DNA of 64,000 nucleotides from Octopus bimaculoides (taxonomy: Eukaryota). The stretch is taken from the NCBI RefSeq assembly GCF_001194135.2, contig NC_068984.1, positions 25,380,355-25,444,354 on the forward strand. The letters are read 5' to 3'. Below the pieces are notes generated by a model. The model was not told the origin of the DNA. It was given only the letters and a program-made list of their open reading frames with translations, and ran no database searches. Numbering within the stretch: the first letter of the stretch is position 1; each line of letters opens with the position of its first letter. The position numbers and the translations under genes are program-made. Below, piece by piece: positions 54,915 through 64,000 of the stretch.

Positions 54915-57419
54915 TTTTTTGGAATTCCATCATATTCACATCGACCTTATCTTAAGATTTGAAGCATCTGTTGGTGATATTTAAAAGATTCTGATTGTGT
55001 GTGTCATTCATTGCACTTTGGAGCAAAAAAATACATTCCAGGACACTTTGTGCATAAACTATATTAAAAATATGGTATTTGTATGTTTTTGCAGATAAAT
55101 GAAGCATAGTTATCAAGTGTTTGATGTTTTTTGGCAATGTCTGGTATGTTTGGACATATCTGAGGCAAATATCCTTTATTTCAAATACAACACTATAAAC
55201 TCTTGTTTTTTTTTTATATATTTGTGTTTGTGAATGGAGAAAATCACAAATAAAAATGGAATTAAAACAGATAAAGTATTTTAAGCATCTGAAAGATAGT
55301 TTTCTGAAATAGATATCTAAAATGTGTTAATAGATAACTCTGCATGCTTCATTTACATCCATGATTGTGGGATATACAAACCTATTCTTCTTCAGATATT
55401 TCAAACAAATATCAGATAAGTTTTGTGTTAATGTATTAAAACTTCATGTTTTGAATTTCAGTTTGTATTTTTTACATTTTTAAAGAATAATTATATTATT
55501 TTCACAGTGGACCTAGCTACACCTTGCTGTTTGAGAATTATTCATTTACACAGGCTTATATCTACTTACTGTAGATGCAGTAAACATGTAAGATAAGATC
55601 AACGTTTTTCTTGACTTCTCTCATTTACAGCAGCAGGACTCAACTGTAAAATAGATCTTAAAGATTAAACAATACAAGCTCTTCACAAACTTGGTAGAAT
55701 TGTTATCATTTTCTACTAAGCTGTAGTCATCCTAACTATAAGAAAGACAATGGCACTTGGGTAAAGCATCATCATCATCCTCAACAATTCATTATCTCCA
55801 TTTAAGCACAATTTATAGTGTTAAATGAATTTTGTATTAAATCTTTCTTTTGTTTAGACCCAAAATTCTGAAGACATTGCAATTTCGAATCTTAAACTAC
55901 ATGCAAATAGTTTCTAAAAATATTCAACTTTTGCTATCCCAAACAAAAATGTGAAAATGTTAAATATTACATTATATATATATATCAACATCAATAATAA
56001 TAAAGGAGTTACGACGCAAAAATGTATATATTGTTATTAAATATTTTAATTATGGACAAGTAGCTGAGAAATGAATTAGAGATTTTACTTATATATATTT
56101 TACGTATATATATATTGTTGGTAGTTAATTTATAATATATTGATATTGAATTATATATCAACATCTTTTAGTAAATGACTTATAAATACAGTTGAATTGT
56201 ATTTCATTGTTGAGAATAAAAATTCATATTTCTTTAATCAGAAACATAATAAAAGAAAGACCCTATTCCAGAAAATATATATACACTTGATATTTCTGAC
56301 AAAATGTATAAAATTTCATATCAAAATTATTCAATATCTCATATGAAAAACAGTCAATTAACAATAATTAAGAAAAATTAATGTAAAATATAATCCACAA
56401 TGAAGGCGGCTCACAAAAATAAAGTTCATACATGATAAACAAAAAGTAAATAAAAAATCCACAAGTAGCCATGCTGTGTTTTTAATAAATCAAACATCAT
56501 TGGACAGCTAATAATTTGAATGTGTTCATCATTATATCCATGAGTCACACAGGGACACTACAGGTATATGGAACACCACTACAGAGTCCTCCCATTTCCT
56601 AATGTGGCATGTTGTTTGGTCAATAGTGAGTGTTCCTAATCAGAACAGAATGACTAATATCAAAGTATTTAGATTAAAGTTATTAGGAAAACAGAACTTA
56701 GGGGGTCTATTGATTGGGAGAGTATACTGTAAGAGAGAACAGATTTATCAATAATACAACAGACAAAGGAGAAATTCTACTTCAACAAATCTATCTTTTA
56801 AAAAAAAGGATCATAGCAAAAATTACATATTAGGCTTAATTATAATATGCAAGTTAAGTTAAACAATACAATAACAAACTATCGATGACACACTTCAATT
56901 TCTTTAATGTAATATTTTTACTAATATAACATTTTAAATAATTTTAATACAAACACATACATCTAGCTATATATTTTTATCCTTTTATTTTCCCTAGCAT
57001 GACTACATCTCTCTTTCTCCCTCCAATTTCTTAGTTGCAGCTCTAAGGCTAAATAAAAAATAAAAAATCCATTGAACTAATCTATGCACATTCTCAAAGA
57101 TACTTAGAGAAGCTTGTTCTAGACAACATCAATCTAGATATTTCTTACTCTAATACATTACTTCCAACTTTTACTATCTGTGACAGCACCATCCACTTAT
57201 CTCCTACAATGTGCATTAGATCTATTTAACAATAAAATCCTTCATTCTATATATAAGTAAAATCTCCAATTCATTTCTCAGCTACTTGTCCATAATTAAA
57301 ATATTTTAATAACAACTCTAAAACAATTAGACATTTAACTACACTGAATACAACATAATCACTAATTTGGATGAACCTTCTAAAATGGAATGCAACAGTG
57401 TTCTGATACTCATCTACTG

Positions 57420-57860
57420 AAGTTGTTTCCCAACCAAATGATTCCCACTTTAGTCCCACTGTGTGGTGCCTTGGGCAAGTGCTTTGGGCAAGTGCCTTGG
57501 GCAAGTGCCTTGGGCAAGTGCCTTCTATTATATTTCTGGGCCAACCAAAACCTTGTGAGAGGATCTGATAGATGGAAACTGAAAGAAGCTCATTGTGTGC
57601 ATATGCGTGTGCGTGCATGCACATGCACATACATTTACGTATGTGTTTGCCTCACTACCACTTGTCAACCAGTATTGGTTTGTTTACATACCCATTACTT
57701 AACACTTTCGCAAACAAAACCAAATGGATAAGTACCAGACTTAAAACAAGAAGATAAGTACTGGAGTTGATTTTTTTTTTTTTTTTTTTGCCTAAAACCT
57801 TGAAGGTGATGCCCAAGCTTGGCTGCAATCCAATGACTAAAACAAGCGAAAAATAAAAGA
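57420..57860 (+). mobile_element. Family A SINE with a 13-bp internal tandem repeat (57466-57524)
   Basis: gtgc(c/t)ttgggcaa occurs 4 times plus a partial unit inside the core. Confidence 0.8.
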
Positions 57861-58412
57861 CGTACAACATATAAAATTTTATTTTACAATTTTACAGTGA
57901 AATACATAGAATCTTATGTCAATGACACTTGAATTACTTTGACACTCTACTAAGTATAGCTGCATGCTAAATATTGTACCTTACATTACATATGAAGACT
58001 AAAATCATAGGTCTCACATAACCATGGAAACAATGACGTTCATACTAACTAGCTTGTGATATTTGTTATGCCCATGTTGAACAGGTGCTCCCTTATCGTT
58101 TTTCATCATGCAATGCAGTGAATCGGTGATTGACTCACTGGAAATCTCCAACAAATGACAATATTATTCACAAATTGTGATACTGTAAAAATATAAATAA
58201 TATACCTGTTCACACACATGTAGTGCATGCACACCTGCACATGCACACACACACACACACACTCAAACAAAAGCTATTGGATATAATGGATACATTTCGA
58301 TGACAATCACGTACATGGTTTCTTCACTAAAAACAAAGACTTAGGTTTATGTAAGAGGAGAAATATAAAATTTCGAATTTCTGAAGTTTTCCAAACCAAA
58401 CATTATATTTAC

Positions 58413-58715
58413 TGAGAATGCATTAAGTAAAGTGACAACAGATACAGCAGCAAAACAGCATCAACAACTAAAAGCTGAAGAGACTGGAAAGAAAATGAAG
58501 TATGAAAAAGAAATGGTAATGTTGTGAACCATATCAAGTATTAGCAGAGATCGTAGAATAGTTATTGAATCCTCTCTATTAACAAGTGTAGATATATATA
58601 TATATCTCTCCAAGTGAAGAAAGTCTCAGACTGAAGACATCACTTACCTATGTATGATACTTACTTCTTTTGTTATACTGTCATGATAACAAGAAGATGC
58701 TGGAGAGGTTTTTAA
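58413..58715 (-). CDS. Two candidate exons: 58665-58715 (LKTSPASSCYHDSITKE) and 58413-58483 (SLQLLVVDAVLLLYLLSLYLMHS)
   Basis: Good acceptors (tgatatcag; ttcattttctttccag) and donors (gtaagt; gtaaat), phase-compatible. No homology recognised. Confidence 0.2.
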
Positions 58716-59006
58716 CTGATATCAAACTAGTGAGTTACTGTTAATTACCTTAAAGCAGGTTTACTCAGCATAATAATAGATAGTTATTCAGAATCATGTT
58801 AAGGGGAAGCTTAAAGATCTCCAATTGCAGTCAAGCAATATAGAAAGTATTTTTATGCTATTACACTGAATGCTACAGTATCATTCCATTAAAAAAAAAT
58901 AGTAAGATTCCTATTAGTAAATACGAATAGTATTTATTACGAGTTCATATACATAGGAAATAAAGAAAAGTGTCTCTGTCTGAATAATAATAATAATAAT
59001 AATAAT

Positions 59007-59225
59007 AGTCCTTTCTACTGAAGGCACAACGCCTGGAATTTGGTGGGGAGGAGACTAGTTAAATTACATCAACCCCAGTGTTTCACTGGTACTTAATTTA
59101 TTGACCCTGAAAGGAAGAAAAGCAAAGTCAATCTCAGTGGAATTTGAACTCAGAACGTAGCGGCAGACAAAATACTGCTAGGCATTTCGCCCGGCATGCT
59201 AACGATTCTGCCAGCTCACCACCTT
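59007..59225 (-). mobile_element. Family B SINE with (AAT)n tail
   Basis: ggaatttgaactcagaacgtag...ggcatttcgcccggcatgctaacgattctgccagctcacc. Confidence 0.85.
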
Positions 59226-59438
59226 GATATTATTATTATTATTATTATTATTATATTTCTGTATAACTTCTGGAGGAATTACCTCAATCCTATATAATCT
59301 TAACAAAAAATGAAGTAGACTGACATGTGATTTTTGAACCTGTGGAAGGCATGCTAGATGCCGAAATATCATTCAACCAATTTCACATGATAACTATGAC
59401 ACTCTTCTATTTTTTATTTTCATAATAATAATAATAAT

Positions 59439-59634
59439 CTGTTGTGTCTGGGGAGAGTCATTTTCTTATTGTGCCTTAAAATTTAACACACTCACCAGTA
59501 AAGACTATTGAAAAGGTTGCAAGACGCAACAAAAATTCTAGGAAAATAAAAATAAGAAATAAGTGGAAATTTTACCGGTGAGTGTGTTAAATTTTAAGGC
59601 ACAATAAGAAAATGACTCTCCCCAGACACAACAG
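59439..59634. mobile_element. Long inverted-repeat element (64-bp arms, 68-bp spacer), MITE or Penelope-like inverted tail
   Basis: 59439-59496 is the exact reverse complement of 59577-59634. The match extends to 64 bp with one mismatch. AAT occurs on both flanks. Confidence 0.85.
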
Positions 59635-59694
59635 AATATGCTTCAACACACGAAATCACATAAAAAATCTTGCAAACCAAATCCAAAAACGAAA

Positions 59695-59740
<46 letters not shown>

Positions 59741-60599
59741 TTTATATCTGAAACACAACTGCTGTAAGGTTACGATGTTCAACTGTTGACCAGATAATGA
59801 GTAGTTCAAATAACTATTGTGTTGTTATTGGTGGTGTTGTCAAGCCGCAGATTTGCCCCAAGTAAGCAGATATATATAATCAAAGTAGTTCCAGCCATGT
59901 CAATCCCATTTTAATTCAGATGTAATGTATCAAACACAATATCCAATGTGTCCTTGATTTATTAAAACAACAGTGTGTGATTTAAGAGAGATTTGGTTGC
60001 TATTTTTAGCATCAAGTAGAGGTTTTTAATTCAGATGTTATATATTTAACACTACATTATCTGATACTTCTTTGATTTTTTAAGACAATAGGTTGTGGTT
60101 TGAGCACCAAGTGGTCATGTCGTGTGTCACTCCATTTTTTGCTTATATTGTGTTGTCTTGGGGCAAACTTTGCTTGTTTCAGTTTCCTTGGCTGAAAACA
60201 GGTTCCAATGTAGCTTTTAAATTGACTTTCGCATTGGGAGTGGGAGCGAAACATGGGTTTAAACAGGAATCCAAGGAAGTTGACAGTCTGAGGGAGGGAG
60301 GGATGGAGGGAGGNNNNNNNNNNNNNNNNNNNNNNNNNNNNNNNNNNNNNNNNNNNNNNNNNNNNNNNNNNNNNNNNNNNNNNNNNNNNNNNNNNNNNNN
60401 NNNNNNNNNNNNNNNNNNNNNNNNNNNNNNNNNNNNNNNNNNNNNNNNNNNNNNNNNNNNNNNNNNNNNNNNNNNNNNNNNNNNNNNNNNNNNNNNNNNN
60501 NNNNNNNNNNNNNNNNNNNNNNNNNNNNNNNNNNNNNNNNNNNNNNNNNNNNNNNNNNNNNNNNNNNNNNNNNNAAGGAAGGAAGGAAAGAAGGAAGGA

Positions 60600-60900
60600 A
60601 GGAAAGAAGGAAGGAAGCAAGAGGTAATGTGGGGGGGAAGGCAAAGTGTGCAGTATGAGTGACAAGTGAAGCATAGACAGGTATAACAGGTGCAATTCAG
60701 TGTATGTGGTATGCAACTAGATGATTCTGAGGAGCAGAGACCATAGAAGAAATGGCAGAAAAGACAGAGTAAAGAGTTGGCATGTCTTTGGTAGAGAAGT
60801 TGGACTGTACTGATGAGTGAATCTACCAATCAGCAGGATGGATTTCTTTCAGGTGCTGTATGGGTTGTTCATGTGTGTAATAGCAACAGTGTTCTATACT
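60600..60900 (-). mobile_element. CR1-group LINE 3' region, decayed; a further LINE-like piece lies at about 60100-60300
   Basis: LLYQRHANSLLCLFCHFFYGLCSSE resembles the HRR.VASL.LFY.YF.G.CSSE pattern. Same group as 23148-23500. Confidence 0.6.
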
Positions 60901-60924
60901 GGATGGTGGGAGGGCTATTCCGTT

Positions 60925-61070
60925 AGTGGAGGTGCATGGCTTAGTGGTTAGAGTGTCAGACTCATGATTGTAAGATTGTAGTTTCAATTCCTTGACTGAG
61001 CAACATGTGTTCTTGAGCAAAACACTTCATTTCACATTGCTCCACTTCACTCAGCTGGCAAAAACTGGTA
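60925..61070 (+). mobile_element. Diverged tRNA-derived SINE head related to 34393-34690
   Basis: ggaggtgcatggcttagtggttagagtgtcagactcatg...gtttcaattcc...ttgagcaaaacactt. Confidence 0.6.
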
Positions 61071-61269
61071 ATCCTGCCATCATCTTCATTACCACCATTA
61101 TTAACATACAAGAAGCAATATAAATAGAATGTCTTCCTTTATTTGTATAATCTGCATTTATTACTGCAATTCTTTTAATTTTATCTTTGCTAGTTTTAGC
61201 AGGAGTTATTACTATACTTCTAGCCCTGATGAGAATTACTCATCTATGGGACACAGTCTTTGCTTATGC

Positions 61270-61450
61270 AGTCACTCAACCTGCTAGAAATAACAACAAA
61301 ATCTCCCTCAAATCATGTCCTGACATCATAGAAAAGGACACATTGCATAATATGGTCCTGGGTTCCCTGGACATACAAAAAAAAATTTGATGGTCATGGT
61401 TGGAATGCGTTTGGTCATAGAGCTGATAGGGGTTAAATAACAACATTATC
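61270..61450 (+). mobile_element. Dispersed repeat family G (other copies at about 30030-30230 +, 46700-46830 +, 53895-54020 -, 59835-60020 -)
   Basis: gctagaaataacaacaaaatctccctcaaatca...ggtcatggttggaatgc. The motif is also seen at 46717 and, reversed, at 59975-60010. Confidence 0.6.
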
Positions 61451-64000
61451 AGTGATTGTGGAGCCTAGCAACTTTGAAGGTTTTAATTGTTTATTGTCCA
61501 AGATTAAAATGGGTGGTATACAAGATAACCATCATGTGGAAGCTGTCAACCAATTTATATTTTTGTTTTTATCCAATTAAATCAAAGCTATTTGTGTGCA
61601 TGTATATGTGTGCATATGTATTTGTATGTATCACACACAAATATATCTACAGCCACAACTCAGTCAAGTGGTTGGTTCCCTTCTCTGTTTTCAAGTGGCC
61701 AGAAATATTATTCCTACATTTTATGTTCAACAATCTAAATTAGCTTGCTAGGTCAATGATTCTTAAGGTTGTCATACAGTAACAGCACTAGAATGATAAA
61801 TGATTAAACAAACGAGAAATTATATAATCTCTGAGAATAATAAATTTTAATAAATATGAATAATAAATTTTATTTAAAATTTTAACTTACAAGATTTTCC
61901 CTTTTTTTTCTCCTTCTCTCATATTATTAATATTATAAATCAACATCTATAAGAATTGATGTTTCTCTGGTTATCTTCAATGAATATTTACCAAATTTCA
62001 CAAGGAGATACAGAGGCAACCCAGAATAATGCAGAATAAAACAATTCTGGACCTGAAGTTTCCTTAGGTTTTCTTAGAGAATATATTTGGAATGCTAGCA
62101 TTATTAAAATTCTACCTTTAAAATTCATACCATTGTAAGGCTTAGACATAGCTTCAAATATGAAAAATAAGGAAATATTTATTCTTTCTTTGTTTTACAT
62201 TTAAATTTGTTTATATCTCTAAACTATTCAGGTTTTATGCTCCATAAATCAGATAATTTATATAATGTGTTTTAGAATAATTCTTTTTAAATTTAAGAAG
62301 TCTAATTTATATGGTATAACACCTGAACATTTTTGAAGTACAAACAAATTTAATGTGAAACTATGAAAGAATAAATTATTTTCTATCTACCATGGTATCT
62401 GAAATCATGTACTGAGATTAGCTTCGTGTGACAGGAGCCATTATCATTGTGCCAAGGAAGATAATTTTAATCCACATATTTCCTTAATTCCATCTGATAT
62501 ACTATTTCACTTAAAGAACCTTCAAGTTCCAGTAACACTACCGTTTTTCTATGACAATCAGCAAATTCTAGGGTCATGCCCTAAGAATTGCTGGATTTGA
62601 CCTGAGAAGTCCTTGTTCTCTCATGGTTAATTTTATGTTGCATGCATTCATGCTGGACCATGCAGAAAGCACACAACATAGAACATAAAACTGCAGAATA
62701 AGAAATGGTTACTTCAAAGCAGTTACTGAATGAAACACTTTTTTGTTAGAATTGCTTTTATTTCATGTGTTGTATATCAGTTTAGAATTACCAGAAAATA
62801 TATAAAGTAAAACAAAAATATGGTGTTTTCTTAAGACAAAAAAACTAAAATTATCAATAAACGCAGCCTCAAAAGCTTCATACATCACAGAAACCTAGAA
62901 ACATTGAACTTTAGACACGTATTTGATTCATAAAAATAAAAAAATGTATGTAAATATAATTAAATACAAAAAGCAATTCATAAAAACTTGCTGTAAGTTA
63001 AGTCATTTAACAAAAAAACGTTTCTATATGTTCAGCATCCAAGAAATGCTAGATACCTCTGGTAATCATTTAACATTTATGTAATATTATTATTTATCTC
63101 ATGAAATATATTTACATATATTTATATATAATATTTGCAGTTGTAAAATTATTAGTTATCAGTTGCTAAAAAAAAGGCTGAGGAATTTCAGAAATGATAC
63201 AGCACTAGATTAAATACCTTGTTGTATTTGATTTAATCAATTTATGTTCTTGGTTCAAATATGACCAAAGTTTACTTTGCTTTTGATCTTGCCAAGATAT
63301 TTATAACATGTCCGATTTGTTACTACTGATTCATTCAACTATAAACCCACTTTATTGGCCAATATCTAATTATTATTAGTTGTTAGCCTGACTTGTAGAA
63401 ATGAGTTAAATTATATTTGTCATTTGTTTAGGTTGTGTGACACAAAGCTCAAAATTATCTACTATTTAGTACAATAAATATTCTGTTTCTTATATTTTCG
63501 CAGTCTCTACCATTCTGCAAGTTAATGTAACAATTGATTTATATTCAAATGTATTGCCCAGACAGTCGTTCACTAATGTTCAACTCTGAAGACTAAACCA
63601 GTGTTTAAGACATGACATACTTATAAGAAAATGAATATTAATAAACAATAAATTCCACATTGACATAATACTTTCATGTTTTATAAATAACACCAAATAG
63701 ATCGTCTTTCATTTTGTCTTTCCCTTTCTGTTTCTCCAGCTCTTATTTAAAGTTTCCACAGAGAGAAACATTAGTTATAAACTTCATAAAATACTAATAC
63801 ATTATACATTTATCAAGTCTAGCAAATCTAGAAGCTAGAAATAAAAATGGCTGAATTTTCATAATGCATTATTCTATGTATAATATCCAGTTTGAATAGC
63901 TAGAGAGCAAATATTGCCCTATGAATTGTTGATAGCAAAGTTGCATCAACAGTATTGATGTTTACTGACCAGCTCTACAATTAGACAACAGATTAAAGGT

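Noticed and set aside
56520-56625. GTLTIDQTTCHIRKWEDSVVVFHIP resembling an IPT/TIG strand pattern
   Set aside because: The donors are weak, there is an in-frame stop shortly after, and no companion exons were found.

Overview
AT-rich eukaryotic scaffold DNA, dominated by repeats, with 11 N-gaps that mostly abut microsatellites. The repeat landscape looks like an octopus (coleoid cephalopod) genome; this is pattern recognition, not a database result. Contents: three abundant short interspersed families (family A, tRNA-headed with an internal TA/TG microsatellite; family B, tRNA-headed with ATT-type tails; family C, with an RTE-like 3' tail and (GAT)n), decayed RTE-, CR1- and R4/Dong-like LINE fragments, several MITE-like elements and long trinucleotide microsatellites. 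I recognise no intact protein-coding gene. Almost all ORFs in the supplied track are microsatellite, N-gap or TE artefacts. A phase-compatible chain of short minus-strand exon candidates (about 50.5 to 44.6 kb) may be the 3' end of an unidentified gene. The most notable observation is an RTE LINE copy at 19.9-20.8 kb that keeps APE and RT landmarks in order but appears to have three internal deletions, each at a CAG|G(T) junction, which suggests a spliced and retrotransposed LINE. Also notable are a near-perfect 64-bp inverted repeat, a pre-miRNA-like hairpin, and several inverted SINE pairs that could form ADAR substrates. I found no clearly novel multi-gene system. Coordinates of degraded repeats are approximate.
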